NCBI GenBank assembly: GCA_023254095.1
Contig: JALNLM010000002.1
Location: 32,001-96,000, forward strand
Direction: 5' to 3'
DNA: 64,000 bases
DNA from: Candidatus Geocrenenecus huangii
GTDB taxonomy: Archaea; Thermoproteota; Nitrososphaeria_A; Caldarchaeales; Wolframiiraptoraceae
Program-made: the position numbers and the translations under genes
In this document: positions 30,173 to 39,911 of the stretch, in pieces
Layout: each line of letters opens with the position of its first letter
Position numbering within the stretch: position 1 is the first letter of the stretch
Notes under the pieces: generated by a model
Database searches by the model: none
What the model was told of the DNA's origin: nothing
Seen by the model: the letters and a program-made list of their open reading frames with translations, nothing else

Positions 30173-31231
30173 ATGCTAGGAAAACCTGATCGTGTAAATT
30201 CAACTAGTTTATTGTTGATGTTTTTACTCATATCTCTGCAGGTTGCTCCATGTACTTTATCGCTTTCTGAGGAATCCATAAATGATGAGAAAATAGTTGT
30301 TTTAACGGTTATTGAGCAGTTAGCTTCAGTAGTGAAGGAAGTTGGTGGAGAAAGGGTTAAAGTAGAATCGATTATCCCCTCAAATGTTGACCCACATCAT
30401 TATGAACCTTCTCTAGATATCATTATTAAAACCCTGTCGCAAGCCGACATCATAGTAACCACTGCCCAACATCATTTCCCAGTCGAAGAAAAAATTCATC
30501 AAATCGTTAGTGAAGGATTGATAAAAGTAAGAGTGCTAAGTATATCAGACTATGAGAAAACTGGCTTAAGATTGTTAAGAAATCCTAAGACGAATGATTT
30601 CAATATTCATGGTTTCCATTTATCTATTGGTGGTCTTAGAGCGATAGCATTAGCGGTAGTTGAAGAATTAGCAATTATTGATAAAGTTAACAGTCTATAC
30701 TATTATGAGAGATTGAATACCTATCTAGGCAACTTAGAAAAAATAGAGAGGACAATCAGTTTGTTACTAAAAGATAAAAGAGGTATCAAGGTCCTCCTGT
30801 ATACTCCTCTACTACAATATGTTGTTGAAGATTTAGGATTGGGGATAACAAGTATCGTTGTAAGCGAATTGGATGTAGAGCCTACCGAGAAAGATGTTTC
30901 AGAGATGCTGAGGAGTCTAGGTGGTGGAGAAGCAGATTACATGTTAATCTCTGATATAGAAGTTTCACAGAATCCTAAGCTGATAGAATTACTGGATAGA
31001 CAAAGCTTACCATATGTTATTGTACCGTTAAGCCGGTTTACCGAAACACCGCAGCTAGTTTCTCTATCCACAGCAGTACTCATATCTTCGTACATCCCAA
31101 CGAGTAGTGAAAGCTTGATAGGCTTTTCCCATTATAGTCTATTATTAATATTTTCTATTATTGCCAACGTAATATTCTTAATCATAATCATTCTACTAGT
31201 GATCAAGGAGAAGAAGCATCATGGTGAATGA
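30173..31231 (+). CDS. Zn/Mn ABC transporter substrate-binding protein (ZnuA/TroA family) with C-terminal TM anchor
   Basis: N-terminal signal, VGGERVKVESIIP, DPHHYEP. Confidence 0.88.
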   Translation: MLGKPDRVNSTSLLLMFLLISLQVAPCTLSLSEESINDEKIVVLTVIEQLASVVKEVGGERVKVESIIPSNVDPHHYEPSLDIIIKTLSQADIIVTTAQHHFPVEEKIHQIVSEGLIKVRVLSISDYEKTGLRLLRNPKTNDFNIHGFHLSIGGLRAIALAVVEELAIIDKVNSLYYYERLNTYLGNLEKIERTISLLLKDKRGIKVLLYTPLLQYVVEDLGLGITSIVVSELDVEPTEKDVSEMLRSLGGGEADYMLISDIEVSQNPKLIELLDRQSLPYVIVPLSRFTETPQLVSLSTAVLISSYIPTSSESLIGFSHYSLLLIFSIIANVIFLIIIILLVIKEKKHHGE

Positions 31232-31988
31232 ATTACTAGTTGAGAATTTAACAGTGCTCTACGATGGGTTAACAGCTTTAGAAAATGTATCATTTACTCT
31301 AGACTCTCCTTTTTTCACAGTCGTCATGGGGCCGAATGGCGCTGGTAAGACAACATTACTTAAAACGATTCTTGGATTAGTTAAACCTGCCTCAGGAAAT
31401 ATAAGAGTTTATGGTCTTAACGTCTTCAAAGAGAATAAGAAAATTAAACATCTGGCAGGATACATACCTCAAGTTATTAACATAAATCTCCATATACCTA
31501 TGACTGTAAAAGAGGTCGTGGGAATGGGTGCATTGAGTAAAACTTTTCCACCAAGGATCCTAGACAAGAAGACTGAAGAAGAAGTGGAGAGAACTCTTAG
31601 ATTGGTTGAGCTTGAAAATTACTCAGAGAAAGAATTCAAGACATTAAGCGGTGGGGAAAGACAGAGGGTTCTTATTGCTAGAGCATTGATCAAGAAACCT
31701 AGGCTTCTCCTACTCGATGAGCCTTTCTCGATGCTAGACTTTGATATAAAATGTGATATTGCGAACCTATTGGTCAAGCTTCACAGAGAGATGAATGTTG
31801 ACGTGCTTTTGGTGGCTCACGAAATAAGCCCATGTATTTCATTCGAGCCGGAAGTAATCTTGCTGAATAAGAAAGTCTATGCTGTGGGTAGAGCAGCTGA
31901 TGTTCTCCGATTGGATATCCTGAGAAAAGCTTATCCAGGCGTAACCGAGCTTCCGCAAGGATTTATCATAGGTGAGGATCATGCTTGA
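31221..31988 (+). CDS. Zn/Mn ABC transporter ATPase
   Basis: GPNGAGKTT, LSGGERQR, LLLDEP. Confidence 0.93.
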   Translation: MVNELLVENLTVLYDGLTALENVSFTLDSPFFTVVMGPNGAGKTTLLKTILGLVKPASGNIRVYGLNVFKENKKIKHLAGYIPQVININLHIPMTVKEVVGMGALSKTFPPRILDKKTEEEVERTLRLVELENYSEKEFKTLSGGERQRVLIARALIKKPRLLLLDEPFSMLDFDIKCDIANLLVKLHREMNVDVLLVAHEISPCISFEPEVILLNKKVYAVGRAADVLRLDILRKAYPGVTELPQGFIIGEDHA

Positions 31989-32787
31989 ATTCTTCATCTT
32001 AAGTTACTCTGTAGCATCTCTCAGCGGGTTGCTGGTAGGCTCTGTAAGTAATATCTTAAGTACTTCTAGAAGTATAACATTTGGGTTAACGATGCTCCAC
32101 GCGATCCTTGGTGGAAGTCTACTAGGAGTCTACCTTAACTTAATCTTTAATCTTGATCTGCCTATCCCGCTAATCTCTACTCTAGTAGCTATATGCTTAT
32201 CTATTATGGTGGGAGAGCTGGTTGAGAAAGGGTTCTCTGAAGATATGTCGATCGCATTTACTGTATCTATCGCTACAACGATGACTATCGTTTTCGGATA
32301 TCTTTCAAGCCAGATATCCAGTATAGCTCTAGCTAGGGCCTGGTCCTACATTGCTGGAACATCCGCTATAAGCACTTTCCAAGACTTACTTAAATTAGCC
32401 ATAACTTTATTTATAGTATTGCCGATAACACATTTGTTTTTCAGAGAATTCAAATACATAGCTTTCGATGAGGATGGGTCAAAAGCCTTGGGTCTAAACA
32501 TAAGAGTCTACAGGTACATGTTTTACAGTCTTGCAGCGATCTCTGCCTCAGTACTGTCTTCGACAATAGGGGTCTTAGCTACACATGTAGTACTATCTGT
32601 CCCTGGATTTCTAATTCTCAAATTCTCCAAAAGATTAAGTATTGCTTTTACCTATCTATCTTCAGTTAGCATAATGATTCTGGGATATTATTTAGCAAGC
32701 CTTTTATCTATTCCTCCAAGCGGCGGAGTAGGGCTAGTATCGATAGTTGCTGTCCTAGGAGTGGTAGTATATGGAAGACGATATTAA
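31972..32787 (+). CDS. Zn/Mn ABC transporter permease (ABC-3)
   Basis: TMLHAILGG, FDEDGSKALG, PPSG; polytopic; start probably ATG 31981. Confidence 0.85.
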   Translation: MRIMLEFFILSYSVASLSGLLVGSVSNILSTSRSITFGLTMLHAILGGSLLGVYLNLIFNLDLPIPLISTLVAICLSIMVGELVEKGFSEDMSIAFTVSIATTMTIVFGYLSSQISSIALARAWSYIAGTSAISTFQDLLKLAITLFIVLPITHLFFREFKYIAFDEDGSKALGLNIRVYRYMFYSLAAISASVLSSTIGVLATHVVLSVPGFLILKFSKRLSIAFTYLSSVSIMILGYYLASLLSIPPSGGVGLVSIVAVLGVVVYGRRY

Positions 32788-33220
32788 GATTAGTCTTAGA
32801 GAATTGGATTACCTTCTAGCCATATTCAAGAAGTCTAGGGGGTCTGGATATGCTAGAAACAAACATGTTGTAGAAGAACTCGGAGTCTCTAAGTCTACGG
32901 CATCTCTGATGATTAAGAAGTTACGGAGAATAGGGTTAGTCTGTGGTAGTAGAAAGCTTAAGCTAACAAGTGTAGGTGAAGATATATTGATAGAGAAGTT
33001 CTGGAAGCATGGAGTTATAGAGAATGCATTACATCGCCTGGGGATCCCTCTGGATGAATCGTGTAGATTAAGCTGGAGGATTGAGCCTCTACTATCGAGA
33101 GAACTCGTTGAACACATATGGAAGACATTAGACGAGCCTAGTAGATGCCCATGCGGAATAAATCTCCCAGATAAGAGATCAAGCAAATCATTAAGAGAAT
33201 ACAATATATGCATTGCTTAG
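32771..33220 (+). CDS. DtxR/MntR family metal-dependent regulator
   Basis: DYLLAI, LGVSKSTAS.MIKKL, KHGVIE, C-terminal CPCG. Confidence 0.85.
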   Translation: MEDDIKISLRELDYLLAIFKKSRGSGYARNKHVVEELGVSKSTASLMIKKLRRIGLVCGSRKLKLTSVGEDILIEKFWKHGVIENALHRLGIPLDESCRLSWRIEPLLSRELVEHIWKTLDEPSRCPCGINLPDKRSSKSLREYNICIA

Positions 33221-33501
33221 CCTTTATGGGAGATAGATCTGATGGAGTTCAAGACAAGTTTTATCATGGATAATATATCGTCCAGGGTTGTAAGAAGAGA
33301 TAAGATAGTCCTATCGGAGTTGACGTAGACTTCAAGTTTTTCTCCTTCAACCTTCATGTTCAGTTCGAGGCCTCTTGGAAGTGGATAGTTGTCGGGATAT
33401 ATAGATTTCAAAACAATCTCGGCTTCTTCAGCAGTTTCGAAATACAGCTCCATCCTCGCATAAGTTTTAACTTGCGAGTACTTCTCCGACAATGGAGTCA
33501 A
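33217..33501 (-). CDS. pcc1: KEOPS complex subunit Pcc1
   Basis: AEIVLKSIYPDN, SLLTTLDDIL; conserved position after the DHH gene. Confidence 0.75.
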   Translation of the reverse strand: MTPLSEKYSQVKTYARMELYFETAEEAEIVLKSIYPDNYPLPRGLELNMKVEGEKLEVYVNSDRTILSLLTTLDDILSMIKLVLNSIRSISHKG

Positions 33502-34894
33502 CCTCTGCCAGGAACATAGTCTTCTTAGCTAGCGGTATCTCTGCTCCGGCGGCTACGTTATGCCCTCCTCCTACGCCTCCAACTCTCTCAGCTGCTTTCT
33601 TCATCACTATGCCTAGATTTAATCCCCTCTTTACTAACTTCATCGAAGCTCTCGCAGAAGCTTTAACTCTATCTCCCTTTGTAGCTAACATTATTAGAGG
33701 CTTATCTTCTGGAAGTAGGTCTGAAGATGAGAGTATTGATGAAGCTGAGCTAACCATTCTCTCTTCTATCATTGTTCCACCATCTATCGCAATTATATAT
33801 TTAAGTTCTTGCCAGTTCTCTCTTCTAATTAAATATTCTAAGACTTCTGAGAGTCTTCTCTTATATTCTTCGAGTATCTTCTGCGCTTGTAGTAGTATCT
33901 CTCCCCTTGAACCCATAGCTATTGCTATGCCTACCCACTCATTCTCTGTTTTACCGCAAGCATTAAGTAAAGATGCATATTCTCTGGCATCCTTCAACGG
34001 GGTCCATTCTTCTTCTCTAGTAAGCTCATACACTTTTCCAACTAATTCATTTACGATGCTAGGAGGGAAATTAAGGGAAGATAGATACTTCATTAAACCA
34101 TTATAGATCGTTTTCTTCTCATCTTCGCTTAGTTCTGCGAAAACTCTCCATCTATCATCTTCCTTAAGTCTTATCTGAATAGAATTGAGGAAGCTTACTG
34201 CATGAGCTTCACTTCCAGAGATTCCTGGAATATATGGGCTTGTTGTTGAAGCTAATGCTAAATGTATGGGACGGTAGCTCCTACCATAGAATAAGAGGTC
34301 GTCTGAAACTTTTAGTAGACCTGACCTCACAGCATCTTCGACTATTAGCTTATTTAATCCATCTAGCTCTCTTTTCCCAGAAGACTTATCCTGCAGATCT
34401 CCAAGCGCCCCAACTATTGCTACAGGCGAGAGCGAGATGTTTTCCTCTGATAGAGACTTAGCTACGAGGTATGCTATTCCTGAGCTACTTATCTCTTTTG
34501 CACCGTCGATACCGCATAAATGTGGGTTAACGTGTACCCAATGCTTTTCTGATTCTCCGTCAGGTTGGTGATGGTCTAGTATAACGAATTTTCTATCAGC
34601 GAATTTTTCTCTTAGTATTCTTATGTATCCGCTTCCAATATCGGTTAAGAGTATCACTATATCTTTCTGGAGATTGGGAATACTCTCTATGACCTCATCG
34701 ATGTTTTTTACCGATCTAGTGATAAATCTTGCATTCATTCTCAATAACATTACCGAAGATATGGACCCAGAAGATAATCCATCAGCATCTATATGACAGA
34801 ATACCATAAAGCTGTTTCCATTCTCAACAAGTTCTCTAATCTTTTCAGAAGCATTACCTACCATTGCTAGAAAATCTCTATGACTCATGGTCAA
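33467..34894 (-). CDS. DHH/DHHA1 phosphoesterase (RecJ/Cdc45-like, GAN family)
   Basis: HIDADG, TDIG, LDHH, GGGH motifs. Confidence 0.9.
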   Translation of the reverse strand: MTMSHRDFLAMVGNASEKIRELVENGNSFMVFCHIDADGLSSGSISSVMLLRMNARFITRSVKNIDEVIESIPNLQKDIVILLTDIGSGYIRILREKFADRKFVILDHHQPDGESEKHWVHVNPHLCGIDGAKEISSSGIAYLVAKSLSEENISLSPVAIVGALGDLQDKSSGKRELDGLNKLIVEDAVRSGLLKVSDDLLFYGRSYRPIHLALASTTSPYIPGISGSEAHAVSFLNSIQIRLKEDDRWRVFAELSEDEKKTIYNGLMKYLSSLNFPPSIVNELVGKVYELTREEEWTPLKDAREYASLLNACGKTENEWVGIAIAMGSRGEILLQAQKILEEYKRRLSEVLEYLIRRENWQELKYIIAIDGGTMIEERMVSSASSILSSSDLLPEDKPLIMLATKGDRVKASARASMKLVKRGLNLGIVMKKAAERVGGVGGGHNVAAGAEIPLAKKTMFLAEVDSIVGEVLAS

Positions 34895-34947
34895 GGCTCC
34901 TCGTGCTATCCAGCTACATATTATATGGAGACTTACCCTTAATTAAT

Positions 34948-35394
34948 CTACTTGTATGTATATAGTAGTTTAGGCTCCCAATCTTCTGGCAGCTCTCCTA
35001 TACGCTTATAGTATTTAACCAATCTGTGGATTTTCGCTTCAACAAGCTGTAGTCTATGTCTATTGTATTTGTCGGATCTATTCTTCTCGATGTGATTCCT
35101 CATCCTCCTAGCTCTCTCAATTAAATTCATCAAGTCATCTGGTATGCTGGGTTTGACTCCATTCTCTTCAAGTATTTGCTTTACGGTCTTCCCAGTAACC
35201 TGCTTAACTAGAGGGACGCCGTGACGGTCTCTGAGTATAACACCTATCAAGCTTGGGGAATAACCCTCCTTAGCATATTTTACCACGAGGGCCTCAACTT
35301 CTTCTGGAGTAACTTTTAACCATGAAGGAGGTAGCCTACTAATAGGTCTCTTGGAACCCGACTTCCCTCTTCTCCTAGCATGCATCCTAGCCAT
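34948..35394 (-). CDS. rps15: 30S ribosomal protein S15 (uS15/S13e)
   Basis: [37 protein letters not shown]. Confidence 0.97.
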   Translation of the reverse strand: MARMHARRRGKSGSKRPISRLPPSWLKVTPEEVEALVVKYAKEGYSPSLIGVILRDRHGVPLVKQVTGKTVKQILEENGVKPSIPDDLMNLIERARRMRNHIEKNRSDKYNRHRLQLVEAKIHRLVKYYKRIGELPEDWEPKLLYTYK

Positions 35395-35631
35395 ACTAGA
35401 TGAACCGAGAGATAATTCTAGGAACTAATATTTAACTTAAAAGTATCTCAGGATAATAAGCCGTACAGGATATGGGCTCAGATTCCCAAAATAGGATGAT
35501 AAATAATTAATGTGTAGGATTAAGATTAAGAGAAGATAAATGTTTTAACAGATGGAAAACTATCCATGTAAGCAATAGAACGAATATGCTTATTCCAACT
35601 TTCATGTCAAGGAAAAGGAATTTTAAGTATG

Positions 35632-35753
35632 TAGCCCGGGCCGGATTCGAACCGGCGTCCCCGGGGGTCCCCTCATATAGATTTGATCCAGAGCCCGGGA
35701 TCCCTGGCCCATACTCATCCGACCAGCATGTTTGGCCGCTAGACGACCGGGCT
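35632..35753 (-). tRNA. tRNA-Gln(CUG) with two BHB introns: 21/22 (35704-35731, 28 nt) and 37/38 (35667-35687, 21 nt); CCA not encoded
   Basis: Spliced 73-mer AGCCCGGTCGTCTAGCGGCCAA/GGATCCCGGGCTCTGG/CCCCGGGGACGCCGGTTCGAATCCGGCCCGGGCTA folds as a cloverleaf; both junctions form bulge-helix-bulge motifs. Confidence 0.92.
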
Positions 35754-35792
35754 TTCGATAATATAGATTGAATAGCGGTTCTTAAATCTATC

Positions 35793-35838
35793 CTTCAGTC
35801 CGACCTACTAATCATCCTGATGGACGTTCCTCATCTAA
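35793..35838 (-). ncRNA. Candidate C/D-box methylation guide sRNA
   Basis: Minus strand: AGATGA (C) - GGAACGTCCAT - CAGG (D') - ATGATTA (C') - GTAGGTCGGA - CTGA (D); intergenic. Confidence 0.5.
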
Positions 35839-36004
35839 ACTTATCTATAGGGGATTTTCGATATTATATGATCTTGTTTCATGTTCTGATTTTTTCCAGG
35901 CCTTGCTAAGGATATTTTATTCAACTTCTGGTATGTCTCTTCTACCTTTATGGAAAACTTTTTATGAATGGTCTACTTAACATATTTACAAGGAGGGGTT
36001 ATCG

Positions 36005-36148
36005 ATGAAATTAATCTCTGTCAAGATGCCTGAAGCTTTGATTGAAGGTATGGATGAGCTCGTAAAGAGAGGCGTTTACCCAAGTAGGAGTGCGTTGATG
36101 AGAACTGCTGTTAGAGACTTATTAAAGAAAGAATTATGGAAACAGTAA
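36005..36148 (+). CDS. Ribbon-helix-helix transcription factor, aCcr1/CdrS-like (47 aa, below the ORF-track cutoff)
   Basis: MKLISVKMPEALIEGMDELVKRGVYPSRSALMRTAVRDLLKKELWKQ; GGAGGGG RBS upstream. Confidence 0.88.
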   Translation: MKLISVKMPEALIEGMDELVKRGVYPSRSALMRTAVRDLLKKELWKQ

Positions 36149-36155
36149 TTTTGAG

Positions 36156-36869
36156 CTATGTTCTCCCTCTTCTAGATTCTAGGAAAGGCATATTGTTAAC
36201 GGTGACTATTCTACCGTAGAAATACTTCATGTCTGAGACGTAAGGCGTATACGATATCTCTTCTTTACTATTTGAAGCAAGATATTTTATGAATGGGGTT
36301 GATGGAGGTTCTAAGCTTTCAAAGTAAAAGAAGACTGGTAAAGCATTTGCCTCATAGTAATCGAAGAACGGTACTATCAATCCAAGTATGTGTCGTTTCT
36401 TGTCTTTCATAAAATGCCATAGGGGTGGAGATACAGAAGCATCACTCATCATTACCAGAACTCTCATAAGGGAATTGAGATCTTTTGTTTTTATCGTTAA
36501 TGGCTTCTGAGTTAACTGTTTCCTTCTACCTAACGCTTTACTTATCAATTCCGGTTCATCTTCTGTCTCGATTATAGGTCCATAAGCATATTTTGTATCA
36601 TCGGAACTATTAGTAAAGAATACCTCCTCCTTCCCTATATTAGTGTATGCCACGTAGCCTTTTGGTTCTTCTTCAATATATGTGTAGGCGAAGATCGGTA
36701 GATTTCCTCTCCAGTATGGTATCGAGGATAAGTGGCCGATTATCCATTTCCCGTTTCTATTGAATGTCCAGTATAGAGGTTGAATATCTGTTCTAGACAT
36801 GGCAAGTCTTGCCAGATTTAATAAGTCTGCAACCTGTATAGCGATTGGAGGTTTACGGAGTCTTTCCAC
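36156..36869 (-). CDS. Hypothetical protein made of two tandem homologous domains of about 110 aa
   Basis: Internal repeat visible by eye (DLLNLAR/DLNSLMR, LPIFAY/LPVFFY, KEE, KYAYG/KYFYG). Confidence 0.75.
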   Translation of the reverse strand: MERLRKPPIAIQVADLLNLARLAMSRTDIQPLYWTFNRNGKWIIGHLSSIPYWRGNLPIFAYTYIEEEPKGYVAYTNIGKEEVFFTNSSDDTKYAYGPIIETEDEPELISKALGRRKQLTQKPLTIKTKDLNSLMRVLVMMSDASVSPPLWHFMKDKKRHILGLIVPFFDYYEANALPVFFYFESLEPPSTPFIKYLASNSKEEISYTPYVSDMKYFYGRIVTVNNMPFLESRRGRT

Positions 36870-36958
36870 GTCTGACTCTAATCTGTATATTCACCTACTT
36901 AAATATTAGTTTTCGATTATTACAATTCTGAAAAGTCGGAACTTTAAGCTTCTCTCTA

Positions 36959-37402
36959 TTATATTTTTCTAATTGCACTCTTAGCGCCACATACCTCGCA
37001 TAGCAGAAACCTGAATCTTTTTTCGGCTACTATTCTTGTATCTAGTCCTCCGCAAACTGGGCATTTAACAAATTCTTTAACGTATAATTCTAAAAGTTTT
37101 CTTAATTCTTCATTCGTAACTCTTCCTTGTATTAAGAGCCTCTCTCCTTGAATAGTTCCTGCTTTTGCAGATTCTTTCAAGATAAATCTTGCCAGATGTT
37201 CAGGTTCTCTATTCAACGTATTCGCTATATTAGTAAAGTTTGATATTACCGTCCTCTTAGATTCATGTATGATTACTGGATTAACTACTAAGACTCTATC
37301 CCCGATTTTTCCAAGAGTTTGAGGAAGATCGGCCATAACTTTCTCTAAGAAAAACTGGTAACCTTCTCTCGTCTTAGCGAATTCAATAATATTTTTATCC
37401 AA
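36959..37402 (-). CDS. eif2b: Translation initiation factor aIF2 beta subunit
   Basis: RTVISNF, LNREPEHL, CPVCGGLDT...CEVCGA Zn ribbon. Confidence 0.93.
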   Translation of the reverse strand: MDKNIIEFAKTREGYQFFLEKVMADLPQTLGKIGDRVLVVNPVIIHESKRTVISNFTNIANTLNREPEHLARFILKESAKAGTIQGERLLIQGRVTNEELRKLLELYVKEFVKCPVCGGLDTRIVAEKRFRFLLCEVCGAKSAIRKI

Positions 37403-37535
37403 TTCCGGTAATCCACCTGGATATACAGGCTCAACCTAGGAATTAAACTTTAGCTTACGGGCCGACCCACTCAAGGTTAAAAAAAGAATAACGTTAATGA
37501 ATGACCTTACACATTCTCCACGTTAGTGATTCATC

Positions 37536-38858
37536 GTGGGATTAAAAGACTACTGGATAAAAGATCAGAGTCTAGACAGTATCGGTGATAAGAAGATCCG
37601 CTGGGCGGAACGTGAAATGCCTGTATTGAGAATGATTAGAGAAAGATTCTCAAAAGAAAAACCTTTAAAGAATATCAGGATCGGTGCATGTCTTCACATA
37701 ACGAAGGAGACAGCTGTACTCGTCAAAACTCTACGGGACGGAGGGGCTGAAGTCTATCTATGCGCATCAAACCCTCTAAGCACCCAAGACGATGTGGCCG
37801 CAGCCCTAGTCAATGAAGGTTTCCACGTCTACGGGTGGAGAGGTATGAATCAAAAAGAATACTACGAATGTATTGGGCACGTCTTGTATAGTAGGCCAAA
37901 CGTAACGATCGATGATGGAGCCGACTTAGTTACTTCTATACACAAAATACGCTATGGAATTATTTCAAGCGAGATACAGCACGCGATCAGTATTCTCGGT
38001 AGCGTAACAGGAGAAGAAATCGTCAAGAATATCATGGGCGGCTGCGAGGAGACCACAACTGGAGTGTATCGTCTAAGGTCTCTTTCAAGTCAGGGTAAAC
38101 TTCTGTATCCGATCATAGCCGTAAACGATGCAGCTTCTAAAAGCTTATTCGATAATCCAGTTGGAACTGGTCAATCAGCTTTAGATGGGATAATTAGAGC
38201 TACGGGCACCCTCATTGCAGGCAAAGACATAGTAGTTGCAGGCTATGGTAGAGTAGGTTCGGGGATAGCTGTTAAAGCTAGAGGATTAGGTGCAAGAGTA
38301 ACGATTGTCGAGGTAGATCCTATAAATGCTCTACGTGCAGCAATGGAGGGATTTAGAGTTGAATCTATGTCTACGGCTGCGAAACATGGAGACATCTTCA
38401 TAACAGCCACAGGGAACATAAACGTGATAAGGAGGGAGCATTTCCAAGTAATGAAGGATGATGCAATATTGGCAAATGCAGGACACTTCGATGTAGAGAT
38501 ATGTAAGAAAGATCTAGAAGAACAGAGTGTACGAGTTGAGACGGTTACCGACTGCATAACCACATACTTGATGAAAGATGGTAGAAGGCTGCATCTCCTC
38601 GGAGAGGGGAGGCTGGTGAACCTTGCATGCGCAGAAGGGCATCCGAGTGCTGTAATGGACATGTCGTTTAGTCTTCAAGCACTCTCATCAGAATACATCG
38701 TCAAGAATCGTGGAGTTCTCCCGGTAGAAGTTATCACTGTGCCTAGAGAGATTGATCTTACAGTTGCAAAATTAAAATTAGCGTCGATGGGGCTTGAGCT
38801 AGAAGAATTGACTGATGAGCAGAAGAAGTATCTAGAGTCTTGGCATCTTGGAACTTAG
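37536..38858 (+). CDS. ahcY: S-adenosylhomocysteine hydrolase
   Basis: ACLHITKET, SNPLSTQD, DDGAD, EETTTG, NAGHFD, GHPSAVMD. Confidence 0.96.
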   Translation: MGLKDYWIKDQSLDSIGDKKIRWAEREMPVLRMIRERFSKEKPLKNIRIGACLHITKETAVLVKTLRDGGAEVYLCASNPLSTQDDVAAALVNEGFHVYGWRGMNQKEYYECIGHVLYSRPNVTIDDGADLVTSIHKIRYGIISSEIQHAISILGSVTGEEIVKNIMGGCEETTTGVYRLRSLSSQGKLLYPIIAVNDAASKSLFDNPVGTGQSALDGIIRATGTLIAGKDIVVAGYGRVGSGIAVKARGLGARVTIVEVDPINALRAAMEGFRVESMSTAAKHGDIFITATGNINVIRREHFQVMKDDAILANAGHFDVEICKKDLEEQSVRVETVTDCITTYLMKDGRRLHLLGEGRLVNLACAEGHPSAVMDMSFSLQALSSEYIVKNRGVLPVEVITVPREIDLTVAKLKLASMGLELEELTDEQKKYLESWHLGT

Positions 38859-38862
38859 TCAG

Positions 38863-39300
38863 CTATTTCCGGACCCCTGCTTCTCTAATCTTCTCAGATA
38901 ATACTTCTATTATGCTTTTTAGTTCTTCCGCTCTATTAAGGTATTGTTGAAGTCTCTGCTCGAAGTTTTGAATTGCTTGTAGAAGATTTTCTCTCCTCTT
39001 CTCAATAATCTCTCTTCCCTCGGCTGGAGTTTTAGTAATTACTATGCCAGCTCCGACGCTTACCTCAATCTTATCTTTATCAACTATTTCTGCGTGGACG
39101 TAATTTCCTCCACCTATAGGTAGCAGAACCTTCATACCCGATTCGGTTTTTATCAGTTCCTCAACGAAGTTCAATGCACCTTCATGCTCTGCCGCGATAG
39201 CCTGGAGGGTGGTGATCCTAGCCCTCACATCATTTATCAACTGATCTAAGAGCTGGAGCTCTCCGATAGCTCTATTTAATTGTTCTTCTAAACTAGACAA
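38863..39300 (-). CDS. pfdA: Prefoldin alpha subunit
   Basis: Coiled coil - LLPIGGGNYV...VSVGAG - coiled coil. Confidence 0.9.
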   Translation of the reverse strand: MSSLEEQLNRAIGELQLLDQLINDVRARITTLQAIAAEHEGALNFVEELIKTESGMKVLLPIGGGNYVHAEIVDKDKIEVSVGAGIVITKTPAEGREIIEKRRENLLQAIQNFEQRLQQYLNRAEELKSIIEVLSEKIREAGVRK

Positions 39301-39563
39301 TGACTCTACACCTTTGATTTCTAATTGTTGAAGGCTATATATGTTTATTTTCCTTCAAGGGGAAAAAGCCTAACCAGTAACGTTCCCACTTCTACACAAT
39401 GGTCCTGCGCACAATGCTAGAAGTGTTTAAATCTAGTTAAAGATTGCTGGGTTTAAATACAATGGTCGCCAGATGCAAGATGTTTTATTAGGGGGATTAT
39501 CTACCCTCGATTTGAGGTAAGGTGTATAAAGATGAATGCAGGATTCAGTGGAGGTGGCTGAGC

Positions 39564-39911
39564 ATGGAGATAAGAGAAGCCCAGAAGATCGTATTGAGAT
39601 TCGAGGAAGCTAGAAGATGGAATCTTTTCAAGGAATCCCAGATATTCACACATTTAATCGAGGAGATTTCTGAAATAGGGAGGCACATACTTGTTAGAGA
39701 GGGATACAAAGCTCGTGAGCTGGGACATCAGGTCCCCGATGAAGATGTTTCAAGAGAATTTGCTCAAGCATTTACTCTCTTTCTCCAGCTAGCAAATAGG
39801 ATGAACGTAGACCTTGAAGACGCCTTTGTTAGAGAGATGGAGATAATGGAGAAGAGATTCAGCCGAGAAGATTGGAGAAAATACATGGACTCCTCATACC
39901 CTAAGGCTTAA
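39564..39911 (+). CDS. MazG-like nucleotide pyrophosphohydrolase (start at MEIRE after a GGAGGTGG RBS)
   Basis: HLIEEISEI, EFAQ, LANRMNVDLE. Confidence 0.78.
   Translation: MEIREAQKIVLRFEEARRWNLFKESQIFTHLIEEISEIGRHILVREGYKARELGHQVPDEDVSREFAQAFTLFLQLANRMNVDLEDAFVREMEIMEKRFSREDWRKYMDSSYPKA

Noticed and set aside
35586-35771. ORF-track 61-aa ORF (and the 66-aa ORF at 49646-49846)
   Set aside because: They overlap the tRNA-Gln genes; spurious translations
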